A stretch of 64,000 bases of DNA from Leucoraja erinacea (taxonomy: Eukaryota): the NCBI RefSeq assembly GCF_028641065.1, contig NC_073395.1:35402001-35466000 (forward strand), read 5' to 3'. Every line of letters begins with the position of its first letter. The stretch's first letter is position 1. The position numbers were made by a program, and so were the translations under genes. The notes beneath the pieces were generated by a model. The model had not been told where the DNA came from. It searched no databases and saw only the letters and a list, made by a program, of their open reading frames with translations. This document shows, in pieces, positions 1 through 13,787 of this stretch.

Positions 1-1010
1 GGACTGATATCACGAGTGTCACACAAATGCAATTTTTAATAGTAGGTACGTCTACGATCTTCAATTTTGGGTGACTGCTTTATATATTTAGAATTGTTAT
101 AAGTAGGTTTCACAAAGACTTAATTTTGCAAGTTCCATAAGGCTTTCCAAATCCTGGTAATTTCGTTTTTAATGCCAAGGAACAATTTATTTTAATTTTT
201 ATTTGTGAATTGTTTCTGTTTTGGATATGTGGTGTTTCAGAAAGTGTTTTGGCATAGCAGTAAGAAGTCAACGCCAATGTCAAGTGCTACTGAAATCAGT
301 ATGGTGCTTTATTTCCCTTGAGGCCCCTTAGCAGGTGTGCATTTTGCCCATTGTTGTAAAAGAATTCCTTCCATGGGAATATTATTTTTCTCTGAATTCG
401 AAAAAACGAATGTGCCACAAATGCCAGTAAGATCCATAATTTAGTTTCTGATCAGTGTTGAGTTAACTGAGGCTGGACATGAAAGAATTCCAAAGTGTTA
501 ACCGATTAGTTATCCTGCTGTGAAACCTTATCTTTCCAGAAAGCCGATGTATTATATGTCAAACTGACACAGTAAAAATATACATAATAGTGTTGCTGTT
601 CTGGAAATAAACACTTTTAGTTTGTGCCAACCATTCTTTCCTTCAGGCCACAAGTGTATTGATATTGCTGTGGAACTTTTTAATGTCTGCATAATTAAGG
701 CAAACAAAACAAACTAAATCGGCGTGGTGACATTATTTTCCAATGTGAAATTAAAGAGATAGCTTCCTAACGTGGTGCTGCTTCATTGAGCCGAGGTTTT
801 CCATTATCTGTTCATTTGAATAGATTGTGAGAGTTAATTCTCACCTGACACTTCTTGTAAATGTGATTGCAAAACTTGTAAATGTAAATGCATAGATTGC
901 TGGATCTGGGAATTAGTATTATTGGTATTATTATTTATCAGGCTCAGATGAACAACTTGATGATGGTTATTTACTAATGTGCACAATAGTGTTTCTTTTT
1001 GGCTTTTTAG

Positions 1011-1337
<327 letters not shown>

Positions 1338-1466
1338 TGATGTACAGATTACAAACGTCATTTAATGCACTGTTAATCAAAGAACTATTACTGCTTAAGT
1401 AAAGAATACTTTGAGGACCCACTGAACACAAGTCCCTTCTGTATTCGCTGCCCTACAAAGAAATAA

Positions 1467-2052
1467 AGGGCCTGTCCCACTTGGGCGATTTTTTTCGGCG
1501 ACTACAGGCGACTTGGCTGTTTTCGCAGGGTCGTGAGTAGTCTTCTCAAGTCACGTAAAGAGTCGTGATGTTTTTCTGGTTGCCGCTGGATTTTGAAACG
1601 TTCAAAACTTTTTGGCGACTGTGGGCTTGACGTAGCTTGGCTTCTCCTTTCGTAGGTGCTGTCGTAGGTTGTCGCCAGGATGACGCAGGTTGTCGAGGGG
1701 TGCTGACTTCAGTGAATTTCATGGGCGACTACCTACGTCAACCAGCGACAGGTACCGGCGACTGAATTGTCTTCAGTTGTCGCCGACAGGGTCGTTGCTT
1801 GTCGCGGGTTGATGTAGGTTGACTTCGGTTGTCGTAGGATGTTGTTTGTGTGGTCGTAGGTAATCAATGGTGTGGTCGTAGGTGGACGTCCTAAGTCGTG
1901 ACGATTGGGTCGCCGGTAGCTTGACGTCGATTAGGTGTTTGGTTGTCGTAGACATTGTCGTGGGGGGGGGGGGGGGTCCAGTCGCCGCTTTTTCAGCGAC
2001 CTGCTACGACTGTGACAGTCGCCTAAAAAATCGCCTAATTGGGACAGGCCCT
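1467..2052. mobile_element. Non-autonomous PIF/Harbinger-like MITE
   Basis: TIRs AGGGCCTGTCCCA...TGGGACAGGCCCT, flanked by TAA/TTA. Many GTCG-rich subterminal repeats. Same TIR family as 62394-63059. Confidence 0.75.
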
Positions 2053-2588
2053 TTAAGCTTCATGTTTTTTTAACCACATACTTCATAAGAACATCTTGTT
2101 GCAACAATGTGATATTTTTAATTTCTCCTCTACTCTTTTGACCTTGGTGAATGAAACTAACAATTTAGTTTTAAATGTTGGACTTTGCATTCCGACAGTT
2201 TTTATTATATTCATATTCCATATTCAAGTTGAGAGGAAATACTCATCCCATCAGAATGCCTGAGTAATAATATGAATGTTTGCTGGCATGCCAGATAGCT
2301 AGTTGAGTGCATTTTGCATATTGACTAAAATTAGCTCAAAGTAAAATAATGACCAAGAGCCCAGCTCAAACTAGTTTTAAGCCAGGTGCATATGATATAT
2401 CCTCTCAGAGGAGGAGAATGATAGACTTTCAAAGTGCTAAGGAAGCCATGGGAGCACAGTATTGACTGCAAAACCATTCAATTTGTAAACCAGGGACGAT
2501 CACATCCAGGGATTGTAAATTCAGTTCTTGGCCTGAATCATTACTACAATGTACTGAAGATGCGGGGAGCTTTAGTTTTATAAATATA

Positions 2589-2974
2589 CTAGGCCAAGTG
2601 CAGACCCGTTGGGTCTGCTCCCCCAATGGTGTGATCCCCCAACCCAATATTCCACCATGCACCCGTCTCCTCCAACGGAACTGAACCCGTTCCCAAATGT
2701 AAGATTGCAGCACTCCCCTGCCTCCCTCAGCAGTGGATTTTAAAAAAATTCCGATTTCACCTCCCCTGCCTGCCCTCCCCCTCCTATTGAAGCACTTGCT
2801 GTGATATCCCATTGAGGTGAAAAGTTCAGAGTGTTCCTGTCTTGCAACTTTGTTTTGAAGTGTGTTGGAAGCTGATAGGAAGGAGCAGCGAATCAAAAGG
2901 AAGAAAGGCAGCCAGCCAGCAGTCGGACGGACGGACGGCAGGCGGCAGCCACAGACTTTTATATAATAGATAGA
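2589..2974 (-). mobile_element. Non-autonomous Helitron
   Basis: Minus strand reads A|TCTATCTATTATATAAAAG at the 5' end. The 3' end has the hairpin GCAGACCC-AAC-GGGTCTGC followed by CTAG|T. A/T insertion site, no TSD. Confidence 0.75.
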
Positions 2975-3153
2975 TATTGCAAATGGGATGGGTTTCAGTT
3001 TATCTGATTGCCCAGCAGCAAACAGTTCTGCTTTCATTTATAACTTGTGCTTTAAAAAATAGGACAAGAACACTCGGAGTTTAAATTATATTTATTTGGA
3101 ATATAGTAAAAATTGCATTTTCTGCGCCACTAATATGTAATAAAACATGATAA

Positions 3154-3309
<156 letters not shown>

Positions 3310-3695
3310 TGAAACTATACGTTTTGCAGTTTTTACTTTTTTACATGAATTATTTCGATTTAAATAAAATTTGGGTTGATGTGAGTGTCAACAAATGTTC
3401 TAAGGTCTAAAGTCCACATAAGTTTTCTTTCTCCCTACAAATTTGAATTCCGTGACCTGCATTAGGCTTTTACCAATTCCATTTTCCTATAAATGAGTTT
3501 GTAAGTTACTGTATTTCCCTTTGAGTCAGAAGTACATAGCCTCCAGTAAGCATAGGATGATTGAATATGCCTTATCCAGAATCATTCAAGAATTGCATCC
3601 AAAATATTCCAGCATGTACAGTGAAAAGCTTTGCTTTGCATGCTATCTGATGGATCAGGTATACCATACATAAATACAGTCAAGCCAGTATTAAG

Positions 3696-4735
3696 TAGCA
3701 ATGTTACAAAATTTTGAGATTTAAAAAATCAAGTCTGCAATTTATCCCATCAGATTAAGCATAAAAATAAGTTTAATTTGACACCTAATTCACTTTCATA
3801 TCTCAAGTATTTAAAATGTTATGGCCATTTTCATACTCGGAAATTAGCATCTTGTTCCCTATTGAATTTCTATGGACATAACAAAAAAGCTGTGATCGTG
3901 GACAGTCAAAAGCCCATAACTTTCTTAAAAATTAAGAGAACGGAATGAAATTTTCAGTTATCATAGATTGAAGCATTCTGAAACAAATATAAAATAATCT
4001 TACTTGGATGACCTGAAATTAAAGCATATAATTAGTTAGTTACCTAATTGTAGCTAATTCCAAACTTCAATTACTAGATCTAAACATCTATCCATTACTT
4101 AATAAATGATTAACATTTTTAAATAGCCTAAGTGTCCAAATAATATTCACAAACAATTCACAATAAAACATGATTTTTAAATCTCATTTACATTAATTTA
4201 TAGGCCAAATGGAAGGAATTTAGTGTTTAATTGCTGTAAATTAAAGTCCATTTAAATCAGCTTTCTAGTGGGATCCTGTGAACGCGCTGGTTTAGAACGT
4301 TCACATTGCGGTTGATTTGTGCCCCCAAATGCCCTGAAAAATACTGCGGGATATAATGGGCCCAAAATGAGCTACTCGCAACTTTAAACTTTGTATAAAG
4401 GGATCTTAAGAAACCCTTTTTAATGTAAAAATAAACAGCCTACCTTCTGTTGTCCCTGTATGAGATCTGGCCCGTTGTCGGCGGTCGTGGGTTTAGAGGT
4501 TAATTTTTAACCTACTATAACAAGTAAATAAAGCCCTTAAAACTAATAATAGCTCAAGCGAGGGAATCTTCCAGCGATTTTGCATTAATAATTAACTAGG
4601 CTGAAAAACCTCGATTTGAACAGCCTAGGGAAAATCGCTTTTTAAACCCGCCCCGCTCTAAACGGCGCCAAAATCGCGCACACGGGCTGGGATAGATTTT
4701 CAGCGACGCTTCAGGTACGTTTTGCAACATACCTA
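3696..4735. mobile_element. Non-autonomous DNA transposon with TAG...CTA termini and 7-bp TSD (copy 1)
   Basis: Imperfect TIRs TAGCAATGTTACAAAA / TTTTGCAACATACCTA. TSD TATTAAG at 3689-3695 and 4736-4742. Closely similar second copy at 36119-37157. Confidence 0.85.
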
Positions 4736-4966
4736 TATTAAGTACAATAGATAGAGCAAAGGGGAAGATACAGAGTGCAGGATATAGTTCCCAGCATGTA
4801 GCACATTTCACTGTGCCAGGGTAGATGTGACAAAGTGACAATTACGTGTGTGATTGAAATAATTGAATATTATTGTGCATCATTTCCAAAGACAATGCCG
4901 TCAATGGGGTAGAGGCGAGTTGGACAAAACCCTAGCTTATGGAAGGACTGTTAATTTCCTGTAGCG

Positions 4967-5127
4967 TGTAGGAAAGAACTGCAGATCCTGGTTTAAATCG
5001 AAGGAAGACACAGAATGCTGGAGTAACTCCGCAGGACAGGCAGCATCGTCTGAAGAAGGGTATTGACCCGAAACGTCGCCCATTCCTTCTCTCTGCCTGT
5101 CTCGCTGAGTTACTCCAGCATTTTGTC
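4967..5127 (+). mobile_element. Short Penelope-pLTR-derived foldback element with minimal hammerhead motif
   Basis: 15-bp TSD TAATTTCCTGTAGCG (4952-4966, 5128-5142). Inverted arms AATGCTGGAGTAACTC / GAGTTACTCCAGCATT. Central CTGAAGA-AGGGT-ATTG-ACCC-GAAAC-GTC at 5050-5077. Confidence 0.75.
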
Positions 5128-5312
5128 TAATTTCCTGTAGCGCTCTAGCTTGTCCTTGCTCCCTTTAAATGGCCTCCCTCCTGTCTTCTGGTACCACGCC
5201 TGTGGCAAACGATTATGTAAATTCATCTGCAAATGTCCCTTGCAATAATTTTGATAAAATGCATAAGGACCTTCCATTAGCATGTACGTTTGTTTCTTAT
5301 ACAATAGAATAA

Positions 5313-5540
<228 letters not shown>

Positions 5541-5590
5541 GAAACTACTTCTAGTGCATATAATGTTTATAATGTGCTGCTAGTTATCTA

Positions 5591-7102
5591 CAGTGCATTC
5601 CGAAAGTATTCAGACCTCTTCAATTTTTCCCATTTTGTTACGTTACAGCCTTATTCTAAAATGGATTAAATGTATTTTTTTAATCACCAATCTACACACA
5701 ATAGCCCATAATAAACAAGTGAAAACACGTGTTTAGAAATGTTTGCAAAGAAATAACTGAAATATCACATTTACGTAAGTATCAGACCCTTTGCTCAGTA
5801 CTTTGTGAGGCACCTTTGGCAGTGATTACAGCTTCAAGTCTTCTTGGGTATGACACTACAAGCTTGGCACACCTGTATTTGGATAGTTTCTCCCATTTTT
5901 CTCTGCAGATCCTCTCAAGCTGTCAGGTTGGATGGGGAGTGTTGATGCACAGCTATTTTCAGGTCTCTCCAGAGATGTTCGATCGGGTTCAAGTTTGGGC
6001 TCTGGCTGGGTCACTCAAGTACATTCGGACTTGTCACGAAGCCACTCCTGCGCTGTCTTGGCTGTGTGCTTGGGGTTGTTGTCATGTTGGAAGGTGAACC
6101 TCCGCCCCAGTCTGAGGACTAGAATGTTCTGGAGCAGGTTTTCATCAAGGATCTCTCTGTACTTTGCTCTGTTCATCTTTCCCTTGATCCTGACTAGTCT
6201 CCCAGTTCCTGCCGCTGAAAAACATCCCCATCACCATGCCTCACCGTAGGTCTAGTATTGGCCAGGTGATGAGCGGTGCCTGGTTTCCTCCAGACGTGAC
6301 GCTTGGCATTCAGGCCAAAGAGTTCAATCTTGGTTTCATCAGCCCAGAAAATCGTGTTTCTCATGATCTGAGAGTCCTTTAGGTGTCTTTCTGCAAACTC
6401 CAAGCGGGCTGTCGTGTGCCTTTTACTGAGAAGTGATTTCCGTCTGGCCACTCTACCATAAAGGCCTGCTTGGTGGAATGCTACAGATATAATTGTCCTT
6501 CTGGAAGTTTCTCCCATCTCCACAGAGGAACACTGGAGCTCTGTCAGAGTGACCATCGGGTTCTTGGTCACCTCCCTGACCAAGCCCCTTCTCCCCCAAT
6601 TGCTCAGTTTGGCCGGGCGGCCAGCTCTATGAAGAGTCCTGGTGGTTCCAAAGTTCTTCCATTTAAGAATGACGGAGGCCTGTGTGTTCTTCGGGACCTG
6701 CAATGCTGCAGAAATTTTTTATACCCTTCTCCAGATCTGTGTCTCGACACAATGCTGTCACGGAAGTCTACGGACAATTCCTTTGTCTTCATGGCTTGGT
6801 TTTCGCTTTGACATGCACTATCAACTGTGGGTCCTTATATAGACAGGTGTGTGCCTTTCCAAATCATGTCCAATCAATTTAATTTACCACTGGTGGACTC
6901 CAATCAAGTTGTAGAAACATCTCAAGGATAATCAATGGAAACAGGATGAACCTAAGATTAATTTTGAGTGTTATAGCAAAGGGTCTGAATACTATAAATG
7001 TGATATTTCAGTTATTTCTTTTTAATCAGTTTTAAAACAAGTGTGTAACGTAACAAAATGTAGAAAAAAGTGAGGCGGGCTGAATACTTCCTGAATGCAC
7101 TG
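5591..7102 (-). mobile_element. Tc1/mariner transposon (IR/DR type), defective transposase
   Basis: TA|CAGTGCATTC...GAATGCACTG|TA. Long TIRs with an internal repeat of AGTA(T)TCAGACCC. Frameshifted transposase on - from ATG 6792 (MKTKELSVDFRDSIVSRHRSGEGYKK; GRPAKLS; LYGRVARRKSLLSKRH; FWADETKIELFG). Confidence 0.95.
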
Positions 7103-9553
7103 TAGATCTGATTTTAGGTACTTGGTTAGTATTATTACATCATAGATAAAGTGGAGAGATTAGCAATTAAATAGCATATTTTTGAATCACAGAAAGAGTC
7201 CACTTTTCAATGAAATTTGTCAATTTTCATGTGCCATCATTGATTTCCATTGTTACCCAATTTTAGAAATGATCTTTACTGATAGTCTAAATAAACTGGA
7301 CGCTGCAGGACGTTTTTATAATCATAGAAATTTATGGAACAGTTCGCCATTAGGCCCATAATGTCAATGCCAAACAAAATTAGTGCCATTTAGTTTAGTC
7401 CCAATTCAAAGCTCTGTCTCTCACCTGGTGAGAGATCTTTCTGAGTACTCAAACAGGTACTTTTCCAAAATGAATTTCTGCCTCCGGGTAGAGAGTTTCA
7501 GGACTCATTATTTTTTCTCAATTCCTGCTTCTAGTCCTGCTAATATACTAAATATATGACACTTTGCTATTATCTTCTGCTTTGTCAACGGAAATTGCTT
7601 CTTGCCCAGGCCTCATAAAATTTAATCAGCTCCATTAAAATCAACTACCCTTCACTTTTATTCCAAATAAAACAACCTAGCCAGTCTCTTCTATGAACTC
7701 TTATTCTCCCCCCCCCCCCCCCCCCCCCCCCCCTCAAACCAAGTCTAGCAAATATGTCCTATGATCTGGTGGACACAGCCATACGTGGTATTCTGGCTGT
7801 GGCCTAACTAATGCTTTATGCAGTTCCACAGTGCAGTCTATTTTGAAGAGTATTAATGATACCTTTATTAAGGGGCAAAAATCCAAGATTGTTTTGTCCC
7901 ATCTGTTTACTTGGTTTGTACTGTCCATTCTTTAATCTCTGGAAAAATATTGCATTCTATCTATCGAGCCAGTAATTATCTTCGAATGCTCTTTAAATCT
8001 ACTAAATTGATTAATTGTAAACCAACATCAGAGAAAATTGCAAACAAATTTACTCTCCATGAAATAGGAGAAGTTTAGATACTTCATTAAAACAATTGAA
8101 TTTATTTCTTATTACCAGTCCATCATCTTCCACAAGCACTATTGGTTCTGTACTGACCAAACAGAATCATATTTCCTAACTTTACAGCTTTAATAAAGCT
8201 GTTTGTGAACATTTGAAATGTTTTTTTCAATGCTGTGTGCTACTAAACTGATAAACCCAATGGAGAAAACTGCAATTTTGTGTAAAATGGAAGCTATTAT
8301 GTGAAGATGACCGTTTGTAATGTATTGCATACTTTAACTGTGATATGCTTAAATGAAAATGTAGGCTTCAAGCCTGTGATGTTTACAATGTCTAAAATAT
8401 TATATTCCTACAAAGTGACTTGAGTTTTTCTTGACTTGCAATTTCTGATCAATTTGAGAAGATATTGAAAAACTTTTGCATTTAAGAGTTACATTTTATA
8501 ACTGCACAACTAGCAATATCTAAATAGCTATTTGCATAATAGGAAAGGAAAAATATTCTTGCATTTAAGTGGTGAAATAAGTATGATTAGGATAGTATTT
8601 GAGACATCATCACTGCTGATATCCCCACGGAAGTTGCCTGACCTGTCACTGTTTATATTTCACAATTTTCCAAGTTTTCCATGTATGAGGGATCAAACAG
8701 ACAACCAAACTGAGAAGCACATTTCATGAAGAATGGGCTTTTAAAGCAAAGTAGTTGCTATTAAATGTAACTGGATTAAGCAGTTCCCACTGCCTGGCAT
8801 TTGGCATTTATTTTTATCACATCCATTAAGTGAGCACAGGGAACAATCTTGGAGCAGGCATTTAAATAGAAATTCTGCTCTGGTGATAATGATACTGAAT
8901 TCTCACACATGTTCATGAATTTGATTCATAACATCTGGTACAATCAGTCAATTTGGCGTTTAAATTAAAAAAATGCTGGAAATTCCAGCAGGTCGGGCAA
9001 CATCTTTGGAAAGGGAAACTCAGCAATTTAGGTAAACAATAACATTTTGACAGTACATCAGTTAAATCTGTTTCTCCATAATTTGTGCTGCTGTAATAAA
9101 AGCAACTTACTACCCCCTCAATAATATTCCTATCATCAAGCACACAATTCACCTAAGATGTTAAAGTCCTGCAGCACAGAAGCAGACTCTCAAGCCCACC
9201 AAGGCAGTCAATTGATAAGTACCCAATTTTGCTCTGGATTACATTATCCTGATTTTGCTACTCACTCTGGGCAAGTCATAGTAGCCAAATAATTTACTGC
9301 CTTGCACATCGTTGGGCTGTGGGGAAAAAACTAGCACTGAAGGATGCAGTGCATCCCACAGAAAATTGTGCAAATATGAAACAGGCATCACCAGGAGGCA
9401 GCAACTCCACTAGTAAGGTTTCATTTGCATTGATCAATAAATTTAATTGATCATATTTCTTTCTTTAACTATGAATAGGAACAGTAGGCTAATAACTTTA
9501 TCCCATTCCTATATTCTTACCACAGCTCTGCTGGTAAACTAGATACAGAGTGG

Positions 9554-9758
9554 TAGGAAGGACCTGCAGATGCTGGTTTAAGCCAAAGATAGACACAAAA
9601 TGCTGGAGTAACTCAGCGGGTCAGACAGCATCTCTGGAGAAAAGGAATAGGTGATGTTTCAGAAGAAGAATGTCGACCCGACTTGTCACATTCCTTTTCT
9701 CCAGATGTGCTGTCTGACCTGTTGAGTTACTCCAGCATTTTGTGTCTATCTTCTATTT
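9554..9758 (+). mobile_element. Short Penelope-pLTR-derived foldback element (second TSD-bounded copy)
   Basis: 14-bp TSD TAGATACAGAGTGG (9540-9553, 9759-9772). About 60-bp inverted arms. Same 5' boundary as 4967-5127; hammerhead core is degenerate. Confidence 0.75.
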
Positions 9759-10821
9759 TAGATACAGAGTGGATCAGGTTGATGTGAAGTTGAGAATATT
9801 CAGACATTGCCTACAGGCGGATCAACTCCAATGGCTTAAGGTTAAACTAATGAAATGGTACTCTTCCACATTATGGGACCCGAAATGTCACCGACCGATG
9901 TTCTCCAGAGATGCTGCTTGACCCATTGTATTACTTCAGCACGTGTTTGTTCTTGCAAACTAGCATTTGCAGTTCCTTGTGTCTCTAAACTTCATTATAG
10001 TTGGATGAATAATTGTAAATGTTCAGCGGATCACTAAGAAAAACATCAGTCATTGTACAATTCTGTGCATTTGCCGTGATAAGCTGTGACTTCTCACGTG
10101 CAACATGCACTTTTCAAATATTCTGATTTATTTAACTCCTCGCAAATCATTTCCAGCCTTCCTGCAACAGACTGGGCTCTTCAAAACCATTCTTAACTGT
10201 TTATGTCTAAATAGTTTAGGGATAAATCTGCTTAATAATAGATAACATAATCTCTTGCAATAGATACCTAGCATTTTAAATCCATGTTTCCTGAAATAAG
10301 CTGTTACATAGATAGGTTATTGAGTAAGGATGGGCCTACTTGTTTTTAAATGCATCTAATTTCCATATATCAAATTAGGTTTCAGATCATTGGAAATGCA
10401 AATTCTCATTTGGAAGCTGGAGCCAGCATGAGAAGAATTATGTGGGGTAATGACTAAAATCATAGCAGAACAAGACTACTGGTTTTCCCAACTATCATGA
10501 AGAAATTTACCATCGGGAGGGGAACAAGATGCTAAAGTAATTATATTTAATGCTTATGAATAAATACCTATTCACAGTCCTTAGTTTACAACAAGACAAC
10601 ATTTAATGGTGCTAAATCCCATAAACTCAACAACAAAATGATCAGGTGAGTAAATCTCTTCACCATCTGGTGAGCAAATTCTGTACGATTATCACACGCG
10701 ATGGGATTAATTTTATAAAGCTGATTAGGGAGAATATAGACTGCCTTTGATGAAGAAGAAACATGGAGCAAACCACCACACCTATAAATCTGGCAGGGGA
10801 AGATTATTAACAAATTTTATG

Positions 10822-11960
10822 TTCATAAATCATAGGAGCAGAAATTAGGCAATTCATCCCCATCGAGTCTACACCATGCAATCATGGCTGATCTATCTTT
10901 CCCAGTCAACTCAATTCTCCTGCCTTCGCCCTGTAACCTTTGACACCCTTATTAATCAAGTACCTGTCAATCTCCGCTTTAAGCACACCCAGTACTTTGG
11001 CCTCCACTGCCGTCTATGGCAATGAATTCCACAGGTTCACCACCATCTGGCGAAAGATATTTCTCCTCATCTTTTTTTAAAGGGACGTACTTTTATTCTC
11101 TGGCTGTGACCTCTGGTCCTAGACTCTCACTAGTGGAAACAACCTCTCCACATCCGATCAATCCAGGCCTTTCATTGTACTGTAAATTTTATGAAATTTT
11201 CCCCTCATCCTTCTAAACTCCAGTGAGTACAGGCTCAGAGCCATTCCACTCAGCACATCCTTCCTCAGAAATGGGTTTCAACATTTCTCACAATACTCCA
11301 AATGTGGTCTTACCAGTGCCTTGTAAACCTCAAGCATTACATTCCTGTTTTTATATCCTAGTTCTCTTGAAATGAATGCTAACATTGCATTTGCCTTCCT
11401 TACTACTGATTCAGCCTGCAAATTAACTTTGTGGGAATCCTGTATCAGCACTCCAAGTCTCTTTGCAGCTCCCATTTCTGAATGCTCTCCCCATTTAGAA
11501 AATAGTCTATGCCTTTATTCCTACTACCAAAGTGTATGACCACACACTTTGCTACACTGTATTCCATTGCCACTTCTTTGCCACCAAACCTGTCCAAAGT
11601 CCTTCTGCAGACTCCATGCTTCCTCTACACCACGTGCCAGTCCGCCTATCTTCATATCATCCACAAACCCTGGCCACAAAGCCTTCAATTCCATCATTCA
11701 AATCATGAATATACAATGTGAAAAGTAGCGGACTCAACAGAAACCAATGCGGAACACCACTAGTCACTGGCAGCCAAACAGAAAAAGCCCTTTTATTTCC
11801 ACTCTGCTTTCTGCCATTCAGCCAACCTTTTATCCATGCTAGTACCTACCTTCTATTTGGTTCTCATCTTGTTTTAGCAACCTCATGTGTGGCACTTTGC
11901 CAAAGGCCTTCTGAAAACCCAAGTGAACTACATCCACTGATTCCCCTTTGTCTGTCCTAT
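10822..11960 (-). mobile_element. CR1 LINE 3' fragment, degraded
   Basis: Minus ORF with VRKANAMLAFISR...YKALVRPHLEYC, the CR1 ORF2 C-terminal motif. Boundaries approximate. Confidence 0.85.
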
Positions 11961-13439
11961 TTGTCTTTGTGGATTTTAAGTGCATTTAGCAAATATCACA
12001 AAATCAGGTTAACAATATTTGAAATTAATGGGATTAAAGGGTAAATGTCAGGTTGTGTTTCTATCTTGAGTAAATGTAAAGCAATATGTAAATGGTTCCT
12101 CTTCAGACTAGAGGATGGTCAACAATGGTGACCTTCCAAGACTTGTTTTTTTTTTGTATATTTGTGTATATATAAAATTAGACTTAGAATACAGTCAATG
12201 TTCAAAATCTGCTTATGATATCAAACGGTGGTGTGGCTAAAACCAGAATGATGCCAATGGACTCCAATGGCACCCAGACTAGCACCAAATTATAGATTAA
12301 TTTTAGTAGAGGTGTGATAATAGTGTACATAATCATCGTTGCATTTTATTAGATGCACCTGCCACCAGATATTGACAAGACCAGAGGCACTGAAGTCCAC
12401 ACAAATCCTATGCCCTAGCCTCCTACACCCTGCAAATGTCGGAAACTAAACATTAACATTTGAGAATAATAGCCCATGTTTCTCCTTCCAAAGCTGCTGC
12501 TTGATCTGGTGAGTACTTCCTGCATTTTCTGTTTATATTTCAGATATTGAACGAGTGTTGTCACACGAAGAATAATCGTCGTTGTTCGATACAACACAAA
12601 TTTTGGAAGATGAGGTAGTGGATGGAAATTACTAATGGATAGAAGCACGGCAGCCAAAACGTCCACTATCCCTTTGCCTCCACAGATGCCGCCAGATTCG
12701 CTGAGTTCCGGTGGATTACTTTTTGCTCCAGACCCGCATCATCTCCAGTCTCTTGCATCTCCATCTTGCTGGGCCAATGCTTGGTTTTCATAAATGCCCA
12801 TTTGATCTCTACACCTGGCTACCTCACCCTCCTGCCTTTTCCCCATCCTACCGCGCCCTGAATTCCCCCCGCCAAATCTGTAAGTAATTCCCACTGCAGC
12901 GTTCATTTACCATTCAAAACAGGAATATTTTGGAGGGAAGCTAAACCGTTAGTTGTGCCAAGTAAACTGTTGTTTAATGAGTCTGATATTTAAGGGCAAT
13001 GTATAAGGAAAACAGCTATCAATTCCCCCACAGATACTATCTAACCCACTGAGTTACTTCAGCATTTTGTGTTTTGCTCAAGATTCCAACATTTGCAGTT
13101 CCTTGTGTCTCCATAAGTTTCATATAGTGAAAATATAATACTGTATTGTTGGATTTACAGAATATACAGATTCGATTGGAAATAATGATTTTGCAATCTC
13201 GTCATAATGGGCTGTTAAACTACACTAGATAAACGTTTTTAGCTCTACTTTTGCTGCTCCATCTACTTCATATAGTGTTGAGTCAGGAGAGGCAGGAGCG
13301 TTTTAATGTCATGTCCCGAAAAGGAACAATTACGTTCTTACTTGCAGCAGCACAACAGAATTATGCTGTAAACACCATAATAAGCAACAAAAAGTTATAT
13401 AATGATAGTCAAAAACAAACAATAATAGTGCATTATTAT

Positions 13440-13787
13440 GAACCTCGCTCAGGTGACGGGAAATGTGCTGCTGCCGTGCATCGTAAATGCCGAGCACTGC
13501 AGCTCAGAGTATGTGGGGCGGAGTGCGAGCAGCGGCGCTGCTGTCACGCGACCAAGGAAAGCTCCCGGGGCGGAGAGACTGAGCCAGAGAGCGATGAAAC
13601 CATCCCGGATTTAGTGGTTGCGCGAGCCAGGGACAGATAGAACCCTCCCCGGGAGCGGATCGAACCCTCCCCGGGAACGTCGGGACTGGAGCTCGCGAAC
13701 AACAGACATTGCACTAGTGCCGCAGGAAACCAATGCACCTGGAATAAGGGAGCACCGACCTGCCGGCATCCTCGGCAGCAGGGCAGT
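13440..13787 (+). promoter_or_regulatory. CpG-rich promoter/5' UTR of TWF1
   Basis: Local GC/CpG-rich island in AT-rich surroundings, directly upstream of the TWF1 ATG. GC boxes GGGGCGG near 13515 and 13567. Confidence 0.7.

Noticed and set aside
2429-3037. 202-aa minus-strand ORF
   Set aside because: Runs through a non-autonomous Helitron in an SLC35E3 intron; no recognisable domain.
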